64,000 nt of DNA from NCBI GenBank assembly GCA_963760795.1, contig CAVXEP010000015.1, forward strand, positions 106,239 through 170,238. Direction: 5' to 3'. Each line of letters begins with the position of its first letter. The first letter of the stretch is position 1. This document shows positions 39,971-49,308 of this stretch, in pieces. This stretch comes from an uncultured delta proteobacterium. Lineage in GTDB: Bacteria > Desulfobacterota > Binatia > UBA9968. Made by a program: the position numbers and the translations under genes. Under the pieces are notes generated by a model. It was not told where the DNA came from. It made no database searches and saw nothing but the letters and a program-made list of their open reading frames with translations.

Positions 39971-39991
39971 GCCGGAGGAAAGATCCTCGGC
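39971..39991 (+). terminator. Hairpin immediately after the microprotein cluster
   Basis: gccggagga-aaga-tcctcggc; no U-tract, so terminator function is uncertain. Confidence 0.35.
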
Positions 39992-40252
39992 CTGAGTCCG
40001 CCCGCTCGCAACATCAATATAAACCGGGAATTCGCGCCGCTCAGTGCCAACTTGATAAATTGATGAGCGCTGACGTCAGTTCAAGCTGAGATTTTTGGCG
40101 TTGGTAAAACCTGATATCAACTAGTGCGAACCGTTAGACTGATAAGAAATCCTGTGTTGTAAACATCCCTCACACTGCGCCGCGCGCGCTGGACTGTGCG
40201 GCGAAATTTGTTGAAAGCAAGAATTGATCGGTTCGGTTTGTTGGCGCTAGAT

Positions 40253-40669
40253 TCAGAAGGCGCTTGGCTGAAGATGAATATCCCCGCTCTGACCGCTGGC
40301 AATACGCAAAATCTTTTGACGCTCAGGACTAATGATGACCGCCGCTTCAGAAACGCCTCCACCACAAAAGCTGCTGATCGAAGTAGCCGCTACAACGTGC
40401 TCACCAAGGGGAACGAAAATCTCGACCTTTTCTGACGGTGCGAGATCGGCAACTGGCACGGCACCGACGAAAACCCGAATGGTGCAAGCCGAACCCATGA
40501 AACCACCGTCACGCTTGATAACGAGGCTCCCCGTGTACTGGGCTTCCGCTAACAAGTGCGGTGCCAGGATTCGCGAGGTCGGCACCTGGGATGCCTGATT
40601 AATGGCGATCGGGGAGGTGGCACACCCCATGAACAACAGAGTTACTAATACGGGAAAGGCACGCATCAT
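40253..40669 (-). CDS. Lipoprotein (DUF2846-like, a type often seen in prophages and islands)
   Basis: Lipobox LFMGC; VIKRDGGFMGSAC...VADLAPSEKVEIFVPLGEH. Confidence 0.7.
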   Translation of the reverse strand: MMRAFPVLVTLLFMGCATSPIAINQASQVPTSRILAPHLLAEAQYTGSLVIKRDGGFMGSACTIRVFVGAVPVADLAPSEKVEIFVPLGEHVVAATSISSFCGGGVSEAAVIISPERQKILRIASGQSGDIHLQPSAF

Positions 40670-41065
40670 GCGTCCTGATAATGTGACTGGTCTCGACGGC
40701 TTTACAGTATTCATTAGTTTTTTCTCCTCGGCATGTCGCAAGCCGCCACATGCACGGTAGATCACTCAGTTGTTAAAGGGTTTCGTGCAACGCAGGTTTA
40801 GCGTTTTAGCCGGCCGTGCTGACGATTCCGGCGCGAAGCGTTTAGTTCCACGATGCTACAGTTCATCACCCTCAAAAAAATACGACACAACCTTTTCTAT
40901 CTAATATGCCATCACACCACGAATCTATCATAGAACGATATCGGTAGAAGTTACGACAACCCTACAATTTTTTTTGCGTCTAACAAAGTAATGGCAATGT
41001 AGACGGCAAAAACGAACTTCCGCGACTAGAGCGGAAGACGTAACGGATTGGATTTTAAGAGGTAA

Positions 41066-41091
41066 AAATGTGGCCAGGGACGGAATCGAAC
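41066..41091. repeat. att site: duplicated 3' end of tRNA-Phe
   Basis: aaatgtggccagggacggaatcgaac is identical to 42931-42956; imperfect homology extends to ttaagaggt on the left and gacacgg on the right. Confidence 0.93.
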
Positions 41092-41146
41092 AATGGACAC
41101 GGGGCCTAAAATTAGTATCAAGATATGGATCGACTGAAAATAGCCG

Positions 41147-41180
41147 TTGCTAACTTATAGGCTGAAATGTACACTTCAGC
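41147..41180 (+). promoter_or_regulatory. Sigma-70 promoter overlapped by a TGTACA palindromic operator
   Basis: TTGCTA(41147)-N17-TACACT(41170); palindrome GCTGAA-a-TGTACA-c-TTCAGC at 41161-41180. Confidence 0.8.
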
Positions 41181-41200
41181 CATCAAGGGGGTCAACGGCT

Positions 41201-41455
41201 ATGGCACAGGTAAACACGGTAAATGCGCGGGCACAGTTTTCAGATATCATTAATCGGGCGGCTTTCGGCAAAGAGCGGGTCACGCTTACCCGCAGGGGCA
41301 AAGAGATCGTCGCCGTGGTGCCGATCGAGGATGTGAAGTTGCTGGAAGCATTGGAAGACAAAATCGATCTTGAAGAGGCGCGGGCTGCGCTGGCGGAGTC
41401 CAAGAAGAAAGGCACCGTGTCTTGGGACAAGATCAAGAAAGAGCTGGGCATATAG
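41201..41455 (+). CDS. Phd/YefM-family antitoxin
   Basis: VNTVNARAQFSDIINRAAFGKERVTLTRRGKEIVAVVPIED. Confidence 0.93.
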   Translation: MAQVNTVNARAQFSDIINRAAFGKERVTLTRRGKEIVAVVPIEDVKLLEALEDKIDLEEARAALAESKKKGTVSWDKIKKELGI

Positions 41456-41725
41456 TTGGCTTACCGGATTGAGTTTACACCCAAAGCCCAGCGCGATTTT
41501 AAGGCCCTCGATGGCTCGATACGCGGCCGGATTGCGCGGCGAATTGACTCGTTGGCGGAGAACCCGTTTCCATCGGGTATCAAGAAGCTTGAAGGCGAAG
41601 ATGAGCTTTACCGCTTGCGCGTGGGCGACTATCGGGTGCTCTATCAAGTGCAAGGCAAAGTGTTGTTGGTTTTGATTGTGGGCATGGGTCATAGACGAGA
41701 CATTTACCGGCGGATCGGGGGATAG
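41456..41725 (+). CDS. RelE/ParE-family toxin (RelE-like)
   Basis: YRIEFTPKAQRDFKAL, NPFPSGIKKLEG, YRLRVGDYRVLY, GHRRDIYR. Confidence 0.94.
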   Translation: MAYRIEFTPKAQRDFKALDGSIRGRIARRIDSLAENPFPSGIKKLEGEDELYRLRVGDYRVLYQVQGKVLLVLIVGMGHRRDIYRRIGG

Positions 41726-41727
41726 TC

Positions 41728-42997
41728 ATGGCAAAAGGCATCTACGAGCGCAAAGGTTTGAACGGCGACGTTACCTACTACATCCGTTACCAGGTCGACG
41801 GCACGGACATCAAAGAGCGCGTCGGCCGGAAGTCGCGGGGGTTCACTCGCGAGATGGCTAAGGATGCTTTGAGAGCGCGGCTCGGTGAGATCACCCAAGG
41901 TCGGTTCAATCTGGAGAAAACCCGTAAGCCTATCCCATTCTCAAAACTGGCGGAACGTTACCGCGAATACGGCGCCAGCACCAAGCGCGCATGGGACGAC
42001 GAAAAGCATATTACCGAACGGTTCGCGGACCTATTCGGGGAGACACCGTTGGCGTTGATCACAACTTGGCAGATCGAGAAGTGGAAGGGTGAGCGCGGCA
42101 AGGAGATCAAGCCGGGATCGGTGAACCGCCAGCTAACCGTCATCAAGCATATGTTCAAAATGGCCATCGAATGGGGCATGACGTTGACCAATCCGGCGAG
42201 CGCTGTGAAACGCTTACCTGTGAACGATCAAAGAACCCGTTTCTTAACCGGCGATGAAATCCAGGCAATTCTCAAAACTTGTGAAAGTCAGATCACTTCG
42301 CCGTGGTTGCTCCCCTCGTGACGCTGGCGCTCAATACCGGCATGCACCAGGGCGAGCTTTTGAATCTGAAATGGGAAGCTGTGAATCTCGCGCAGGGACT
42401 GATAACCGTGCGGCAATCGAAAACCCTTCGGCTAAAAACCATCGCAATCAATGCGCCGGCCAAAGATGCGCTAGATTGGCTTGGTGAAAACCGGTATGGA
42501 GAATATCTCTTCATGTGGCCGTGGGGCGATAAGATCGGCAAGGTCACTGTTTACGATGCTTTCAAAAAGCCTGTAGCGCGGCAGAGATCACCGATTTTCG
42601 CTTTCACGATCTGCGCCATACCTTTGCGTCTAATCTAGTCATGGCAGGCGTGGATTTGGTCACTGTGAAGGAACTCATGGGCCATGTCGGCATCGCTATG
42701 ACCGTGCGTTACTCTCACCTGGTGCCAGAGCACAAAGCGCAGGCCGTGACCAAATTGAGCGAACGGTTCGACGGATTCAAAACTGAATCGGCGAATCAAA
42801 GCGCAATCGTTTCACCGGAACTGAAAGAGGCGATCAATGCAGTTTTGCCGCTGAACTTGGAACAAGACCGGAACGTTTTCTTAATGCGGATGGGACGTGG
42901 ATTGAAAATCGTTAGTGATGTTAAGAGGTTAAATGTGGCCAGGGACGGAATCGAACCGCCGACACGGAGATTTTCAGTCTCCTGCTCTACCGACTGA
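41728..42997 (+). CDS. Tyrosine recombinase/integrase (2 frameshifts; first catalytic Arg reads His)
   Basis: Arm-binding-like N-terminus, SVNRQL, RTRFLT, LALNTGMHQGELL, FHDLRHTFAS, ELMGH..MTVRYSH; the last frame stays open into the tRNA antisense strand. Confidence 0.88.
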
Positions 42998-43008
42998 GCT
43001 ACCTGGCC
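42936..43008 (-). tRNA. trnF: tRNA-Phe(GAA), CCA not encoded
   Basis: GGCCAGGTAGCTCAGTCGGTAGAGCAGGAGACTGAAAATCTCCGTGTCGGCGGTTCGATTCCGTCCCTGGCCA, 73-nt cloverleaf. Confidence 0.98.
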
Positions 43009-43061
43009 AAAAGAAGTGAACCTGGAATATTGCTTAAAAGTTTCGGCGAGTCAAGTTTGAC

Positions 43062-44024
43062 CTAGGCTTTGGCGAGCTTTTCGACCTGGCGTTCGACGAA
43101 ATCGATGACTTGGCTTTCGAGGCGCACGCCGTCTAAAGAATTAATTTCTTGGATGCCCGTCGGACTGGTCACGTTAACCTCGGTGAGAAAGTTGCCGATC
43201 ACGTCCAGACCGACGAAGTAAAGCCCATCCGCGCGCAGAAGCGGCGCCAGCGCCGCGCAAATCTCCCGGTCGCGCTCAGTCACTTCGCTCTTCACGCACT
43301 GGCCGCCGACATGAATGTTGCCGCGGGTTTCCGACTCCAGCGGCACGCGTAAGACCGCGCCGAGCGGCTCGCCGTTGAGAACGATGATTCGTTTGTCGCC
43401 CTGGCGGATCTCGGGCAGGTAGCGTTGCCCCATCACCAGCCGCCGGCCGTTGTCGGTGGCCGCTTCGAGAATCGAATTGGTGTTGCGGTCCTGGCCGTTT
43501 AAGTAAAACACACCGCTGCCGCCGCAGCCGTCGAGCGGCTTGACGATCAGCTCGCCGCCCAGTTCATCCATGAACGCGCGCAGCCGCTCCATATTGCTGC
43601 TCACCAGCGTCTGCGGGATCTGTTCCGGAAAGCGCATGGCATAAAGTTTTTCGTTGGCCTCGCGCAGCCCCTTGGGATTGTTCATGAGAAAACATTTGCT
43701 CGGGTCGATCAAACTGAGCAGATGAGTGGCGAAGAAAAATTTCATGTCGAAGGGCGGATCTTTGCGCATCCACACCGTGTCGAAGTCCGCCAGCGATCCG
43801 GTGGCAAATTCACCAAGTTGGGTGTGAGGGGTGGCACGGGCCAGTTGCAGCCGGCGATAGCGGCCATGGGTGGCGCCGCCGCGCACGAACAGATCGTCGA
43901 CTTCCATGAAATAAAGTTCATGGCCGCGCCGCTGGGCTTCGAGCATCAGGACGAAGGTGGTGTCCTTGTCGATGTTGATGTTTTCGACGGGGTCCATCAC
44001 GACCCCGATTCGGAGTTTCCTCAT
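43062..44024 (-). CDS. gshB: Glutathione synthetase
   Basis: VMDP..KDTT, MRKDPPFD, EANEKL, KPLDG.GG, RGNIHVGG, FVGLDVIG..LTEVNVTSPTG. Confidence 0.96.
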   Translation of the reverse strand: MRKLRIGVVMDPVENINIDKDTTFVLMLEAQRRGHELYFMEVDDLFVRGGATHGRYRRLQLARATPHTQLGEFATGSLADFDTVWMRKDPPFDMKFFFATHLLSLIDPSKCFLMNNPKGLREANEKLYAMRFPEQIPQTLVSSNMERLRAFMDELGGELIVKPLDGCGGSGVFYLNGQDRNTNSILEAATDNGRRLVMGQRYLPEIRQGDKRIIVLNGEPLGAVLRVPLESETRGNIHVGGQCVKSEVTERDREICAALAPLLRADGLYFVGLDVIGNFLTEVNVTSPTGIQEINSLDGVRLESQVIDFVERQVEKLAKA

Positions 44025-44045
44025 GACGATTGCATCCTACGAAAT

Positions 44046-44747
44046 TTACTCGCGCACGACCCAAGTGCGCGCGACAAAGTCATGCCAGCCGCGCTTCTCA
44101 GACTGCCAGAGCACCCAGAGAAAGCCGAGGCCAATGGGCGCGAAGCCCACCGCCGCGAGCCAGCGAAGCGCCGCTTGGCGAAAGCTCGGCGGCTGGCGAT
44201 CGTCGCCGACGACGCGCAGACCGAGTAACATCTTGCCGATGGTCTGACCGCCCAGTCCATGCATGACGATGAAATAGGCGTCGATCAAGCCCAGCCAGCC
44301 CAGCGTGAGGATGGCAAACAGCGCCGCGGCGTTGTCGCCGGAGATGACCTGCCCGTGGGCGCTGAGGCCTACTTTGTAACCAACGTAGGCCATAGCACCC
44401 ATGATTGCCGATAGCAAAGCGATGACGAACAGATCGATGCTCAACGCATAGGCGCGGCGGAAAAAGCCGCCCCAGCTTACTCCCGCCGGCGATTCTGGCG
44501 TTGGCCGCTTAAGGGTGCCGAACCGCGTCAACTCAGCCTGAGTTAGGAACTGCCAATCATCACCCCCGGCATCCTCTTCAACGTCAGGCTTGTTCTCCTC
44601 CGCGGTTAAAGAAAAGTTCTCCGGCTTCGGCACACCCAGGAGCACACGGCGATGCAACAGTTTAGCGCCGCACTTGCCGCACAGTTCGTCGGCTGCCACG
44701 ACTGGAGCTTCACAGTTCTGGCATTTCAAGTTTTGTTCAGCGAACAT
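44046..44747 (-). CDS. RDD-family membrane protein with N-terminal zinc ribbon
   Basis: CQNC...CGKCG; GFFRRAYALSID, GQTIGKMLLGLRVV, GWHDFVA. Confidence 0.9.
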   Translation of the reverse strand: MFAEQNLKCQNCEAPVVAADELCGKCGAKLLHRRVLLGVPKPENFSLTAEENKPDVEEDAGGDDWQFLTQAELTRFGTLKRPTPESPAGVSWGGFFRRAYALSIDLFVIALLSAIMGAMAYVGYKVGLSAHGQVISGDNAAALFAILTLGWLGLIDAYFIVMHGLGGQTIGKMLLGLRVVGDDRQPPSFRQAALRWLAAVGFAPIGLGFLWVLWQSEKRGWHDFVARTWVVRE

Positions 44748-44793
44748 TTAATTACCACATGCTAAAAGTTGCAGCGCGCCAAGGCAAGCCGAA

Positions 44794-45535
44794 CTAAGTC
44801 AAATCGCCCCAAAGGAACTGCACCAAGGACAAAGCAGTCACCGCGGCGGTCTCAGCGCGCAAAATGCGCCGGCCTAAATGGACGCTGTGGAAACCCCGTG
44901 CGTTCGCCAATTGCACTTCAGCGCTGCTCAAGCCGCCCTCGGCACCGATGGCGACCAAGATCGCCGTCGCGTTAGCATGGGCCTCATGAATCTGGCGCAG
45001 CGATTGCACCGTCTCCTTTCTCCCAGAAAACAACTTGAGCTGGCCGCAGCCAGCACCCTCGACCATCTGCGTCGAATTCGCACAGCGGCATAATCTCCGG
45101 CACCTGGGTCCGGCCGCATTGTTTCGCCGCGCTCAGCGCGATCTTCTGCCAGCGCTCGGTGCGATTGGCGATTTTCTTGTCGTCGAGCTTGGGCACGGTA
45201 AAACTTGAGGTAAACGGCATGATCGAAGCCACGCCAAGCTCCGTCGCCTTCTCGACGACAAAGTCCATCTTTTCGCCCTTGGTTAACCCCAGCGCCAAAG
45301 TCAGCGCCAGCGGCGATTCTCGACCGGCTTCATAGGAGCGGCGAATTTCGAGCTCACCCCGATCGGCGTGGAGGCTGCGAATCACCGCTTCATGTTCCCA
45401 GCCGGTGTCATCGAACAGCGTCACGGGATCGCCCACGGTCAAGCGCAGCACGCGGCGCAGATGCTCCAGTTCCTGACCGGCGATGGTCGCGCTGGTCGCT
45501 TGGATATTCTCTTTGCGGACGAAGAATCGAGCCAT
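44794..45535 (-). CDS. rsmE: 16S rRNA m3U1498 methyltransferase (frameshift near 45060)
   Basis: HLRRVLRL, EKATELGV, SAAKQCGR, IGAEGG, LGRRILRAETA. Confidence 0.94.
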
Positions 45536-45541
45536 AGGTTG

Positions 45542-46408
45542 CTAGCGCCGCTGGAGCAGCAAGGTCACCCACTCGCGCGCCCGCTTGCGTTGGACGACGC
45601 GAAAGCGCGGCACAAAACAGCGCAGCACCGAGGCCGCCTTGTCATGCAGGATGCCGGACAAAATCAAATACCCGCCAGCCGCAACTCTTGGCGCTAAGGC
45701 GCTGGCAAGCGCGACAATCGTTTCCGCCGTCAGATTACCGACCACGACGGAAAATTTTCTTTTGAGGCGGCTAAGCGGGGTGCCGGACAGCTCGACCTTG
45801 TCCGCGGCACCGTTGATATGAAAATTTTCCCGAGCGACGCCAAGCGCCACCGGATCGTTGTCCAGCGCCCAAACCCGCTTTGCCCCCAACTTCGCCAACG
45901 CGATCGCCAGGATTCCCGAGCCGGTGCCGACATCGAGCGCGGTGAATTTCATCGGTGGCAACAGCGCCGCGACCTGCTCGATAAATTCCAAACAGCCGCG
46001 CGTGGTCGCATGGGAGCCGGTGCCAAATGCCATGCCGGGCTCGATGGTAATCACCTGGCGCGAGCGAAACTGCGGCGGCGTTAACCAGGGCGGCGTCAGC
46101 CAAAACTGATTACCGACCCGGCTGGGCCGGATAAAGCGCTTCCAAGAATTCTGCCAGTGTTCCGGCCGGGCGATCTGCCAAGACAAGCGCGGCTTGCTGC
46201 TGCGGCCTTGGAGTTTGACAACATCCATGACGAAGCTGTGAACCGCGCGCTTAAGCGCCGCCGCATTACGGTTATTGGGGAAATAAGCCTCCACAGCGCG
46301 GCGTTTCAAGATGACGCCCGACGAGCCGCTCTCGATCAAAAAGTTCGCCACGGCGTCCAGACAGGCGGCGCTGGTATGAACCGCGAGATGCAACCAAGAT
46401 TCAGTCAC
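45542..46408 (-). CDS. prmA: Ribosomal protein L11 methyltransferase
   Basis: IEPGMAFGTGSHATT, LDVGTGSGILA, DNDPVA, LILSGIL. Confidence 0.94.
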   Translation of the reverse strand: MTESWLHLAVHTSAACLDAVANFLIESGSSGVILKRRAVEAYFPNNRNAAALKRAVHSFVMDVVKLQGRSSKPRLSWQIARPEHWQNSWKRFIRPSRVGNQFWLTPPWLTPPQFRSRQVITIEPGMAFGTGSHATTRGCLEFIEQVAALLPPMKFTALDVGTGSGILAIALAKLGAKRVWALDNDPVALGVARENFHINGAADKVELSGTPLSRLKRKFSVVVGNLTAETIVALASALAPRVAAGGYLILSGILHDKAASVLRCFVPRFRVVQRKRAREWVTLLLQRR

Positions 46409-46783
46409 GGTTTTTTATGCCACAGCGATGCCAGTGGATCAATTGATCGATATAAAACTCGCGCGCTGTTATTTCGAGCGCAGCGAGAGACCTCGCCGGG
46501 ATTTGCGCCGCCGGGTAGAACCGAAGGTTATCGGATGGGGGAATTCCTCCTGCCAAGGCGCAAAGTGACGGGCCGAGGCCCGTCATCCCGAGGTGATACG
46601 AGGGATCTCGGAAAGATTTCTCCCTTCGGTCGAAATGACATGTTACTTGTCCTTTGCGGCCTTGGCGGCTTTGCGGGCGATCTTCCGAGGTTCGGATGCA
46701 ACACTTCTGCGCTTTTAACCGTCCAGCTTGTCAAAATCGCTACTTCCAGATATTGAAAATAGTTACACTGAAAGGAACTGCCG

Positions 46784-47656
46784 ATGAAATTCGCCACGAT
46801 CAAACCTGACGACCTCGCCATCGTTCACAACGACACGCTGATCCCCATCACCGGCGTCTTAGCCAAGGGAGCGACCATGCTCGACCTGATCGCCCATTAC
46901 GATCAAGTCAAAGCCGGCTTAGCCGACCTCTCCGCCAAGGGCGGCGGCACCAAGCTCGATCCGAAGCAGCTCAAACCGCCGGTCGAGCGGCCATCGAAGA
47001 TCTGGGCCGCCGCGGGAAATTATAAGCGCGGCAGCGGCGGACTCGACGACGCCCGCGGCCGCGGCACGGCGTCGAAAACTTCGCCGGAAGAGCTGCTGGA
47101 AAATATCTTCTTAAAGCCGCCGTCAGCCATCGCCGGCCCGGAAGACAACATCATCATCCCGAAAAACGCCGACTCGGTGTTTCCCGAGTTGGAGCTTTGC
47201 GTGGTCATCGGCAAGCAAGTCCGTAACTTGACCAAAGCGCAAGCGATGGATGCCATTTTCGGCTACACCATCATGCTCGACATGACCGCGCGCGGCTACG
47301 GCTTGAGCAAAAATATGTCGGGCACGCGCAGTGTCCGCAAAGGTTTTGAAACCTTTGCCCCCATCGGCCCATGGATCACGACGAAGGACGAAATCGCCGA
47401 CCCGCATAACCTGTGGATGAAATTGTGGATCAACGGCGAGCTCAAACAATCGGCCAAGACCGACGCCATGATCAACGATATCGCCACGCAAATCAGCTTT
47501 CTTTCCCAGGTGACGACTCTGTACCCAGGCGACCTGCTGACGACCGGCAATCCGGACTCGCCGGAGTTTCAAGAGAAACTCAAACCAGGCGATGTCGTGA
47601 AGTCGGAGATCGAAGGCATCGGCGCCATGAATCAAGGCGTGGCCAAGGAAAGCTAA
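46784..47656 (+). CDS. Fumarylacetoacetate hydrolase family protein
   Basis: PSKIWAAAGNY, FLKPPSA, PELEL, GYTIMLDMTAR, KGFETFAPIGPWI, TLYPGDLLTTG. Confidence 0.93.
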   Translation: MKFATIKPDDLAIVHNDTLIPITGVLAKGATMLDLIAHYDQVKAGLADLSAKGGGTKLDPKQLKPPVERPSKIWAAAGNYKRGSGGLDDARGRGTASKTSPEELLENIFLKPPSAIAGPEDNIIIPKNADSVFPELELCVVIGKQVRNLTKAQAMDAIFGYTIMLDMTARGYGLSKNMSGTRSVRKGFETFAPIGPWITTKDEIADPHNLWMKLWINGELKQSAKTDAMINDIATQISFLSQVTTLYPGDLLTTGNPDSPEFQEKLKPGDVVKSEIEGIGAMNQGVAKES

Positions 47657-47678
47657 TCACCGAGCGGATTCAAACATA

Positions 47679-49010
47679 ATGATACATATAGCGCCGTTTC
47701 GAGCACTCTGTTACAGCCCAAAAAAAATCAAGGATTTGAGCAAGGTAATCGCGCCGCCCTACGACGTGATCTCCAAGGAAGAGCAAGACAAGCTCTATAA
47801 GAAGTCGGTCTATAACTTCGTCCGTCTCGATCTCAATCAAGAAGCCGATTCGTACAACGCCGTCGCCCAGCTGCTCGACGAGTGGCAGAGCCAGGGTATT
47901 CTCGAGCGGGATGTTGCGCCGGCGATTTATTTCTCGGCGCACCGCTTCAAGTTAAAAAGCGGCGAGCAGAAAGTCCGGCTGGGCTTTTTCGCCTTGACCG
48001 AACTGCAAGATTTTGCCACCGGCGCGATCAAGCCTCACGAAAAGACCCTCGACGCGCCCAAAGAAGACCGGCTGAAACTCATGCTCGCCTGTCACGCCCA
48101 GTTGAGCCCGATCTTCGTCCTCTACGCCCAACCGAAACGGACGATCCATATCATCCTCAGCGTCGCCGTCGAAGGCATGGCGCCATTTATCGAAACCGAA
48201 CTGGACAACGGCGACGAACTCAAACTATGGCGCATCACCGACTCGGCGGTCATCGAAAAAGTCCAGCGGGAAATCGCCGAGCAGACCCTGCTGATCGCCG
48301 ACGGCCACCATCGCTACGAGGCCACGCTGCGCTACCGCGACCAGCTCCGCGGCGAGCGCGGCCCAGGCAACGGCAATGAAGCGTACAACTTTATCTTGAC
48401 CTATTTCGCCAATATCAATGACGACAATGTCGTCATTTTGCCGACCCATCGGCTGGTGCGCGGCTTCACCCACAAGCCATTTTTGGAATTGGAAGAAGCG
48501 CTGCAAACCTATTTTTACGTCGAGCAGCACCCAAAGACGCCGGAAGGCAAGATTTCGTTTCTCAAAGCGCTCAAGAACACCGCCAAGAAGCACCGCGTCA
48601 TCGGCGCCAGCTTCAAGCGCGACCCGCGTTATTTGATCCTGCGGCTGAAAAACAAACGCATCATGCAGCGCTTGGCCAAAGACATGAGCGCACCACTCCG
48701 AGAACTCGATGTCAGCACGCTGCATCTACTGATCCTAGAGCATATTCTCGGCATGCCCCCCGACCAGCAGGTCAGCGGCGCCACCATCCGTTACTCGCAG
48801 GACGAAGAATTAGTATTGCAGGTGTTGGAAAATGAAGACTACCAAGCCGGGTTTATCTTGAACGCCACCAAGGCAGAAGAGATCCAATCCATCGTCGCCG
48901 CCAACGAAAAGATGCCGCAGAAATCCACCTACTTTTACCCCAAGCTAAGCTCGGGCCTGATCGTCAATAAGATCGATCCGGATGGAACAGTCGAGGCGGC
49001 TACGAGGTAG
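47679..49010 (+). CDS. DUF1015 family protein
   Basis: IAPPYDVI, IKPHEKT, LIADGHHRYE, ILPTHRL, MPQKSTYFYPKL. Confidence 0.93.
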   Translation: MIHIAPFRALCYSPKKIKDLSKVIAPPYDVISKEEQDKLYKKSVYNFVRLDLNQEADSYNAVAQLLDEWQSQGILERDVAPAIYFSAHRFKLKSGEQKVRLGFFALTELQDFATGAIKPHEKTLDAPKEDRLKLMLACHAQLSPIFVLYAQPKRTIHIILSVAVEGMAPFIETELDNGDELKLWRITDSAVIEKVQREIAEQTLLIADGHHRYEATLRYRDQLRGERGPGNGNEAYNFILTYFANINDDNVVILPTHRLVRGFTHKPFLELEEALQTYFYVEQHPKTPEGKISFLKALKNTAKKHRVIGASFKRDPRYLILRLKNKRIMQRLAKDMSAPLRELDVSTLHLLILEHILGMPPDQQVSGATIRYSQDEELVLQVLENEDYQAGFILNATKAEEIQSIVAANEKMPQKSTYFYPKLSSGLIVNKIDPDGTVEAATR

Positions 49011-49042
49011 TGGTTCAATTTGGTTTTAACGACGCGTCAATG

Positions 49043-49101
49043 TAGGGGCGGACCTGTGTGTCCGCCCTCTCGGACGGGCGACCACACAGGGTCGCCCCTA
49101 C
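49043..49101. repeat. GTAG REP doublet between convergent genes
   Basis: gtaggggcggacctgtgtgtccgccct...gggcgaccacacagggtcgcccctac. Confidence 0.85.
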
Positions 49102-49308
49102 AATGTATTTGTGAAACTGAAACATTACCGGATATGGAGGCGCACTGACGACGCGCGAACGAGCCCGTCTTCTCCCTAAAACAGAACGCTGCTTAGTGCA
49201 TCTCAATCCATATGGCTCCATCCGAATAACCGATTGCGACGCACTCCGCGATCCAGCGAAATTTGCGTCGAAAACTTTGGCCTTGTTTACGACAAATCAA
49301 ACTTAAGT

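Larger units (their letters stand above)
41066..42956 (+). mobile_element. Minimal ~1.9 kb integrative element (antitoxin-toxin-integrase) inserted in tRNA-Phe
   Basis: 26-bp direct repeats, one of them within the tRNA, bracket a TA pair and a tyrosine integrase. Confidence 0.88.

Noticed and set aside
41066-41102. Second tRNA-Phe gene
   Set aside because: Only the 3' end of the tRNA is present, so this is an att site.
38550-43008. Prophage
   Set aside because: No structural, replication or lysis genes are present.
49130-49225. Imperfect hairpin between DUF1015 and the amidohydrolase
   Set aside because: Weak pairing, single copy and no other support; at most a terminator-like structure between convergent genes.
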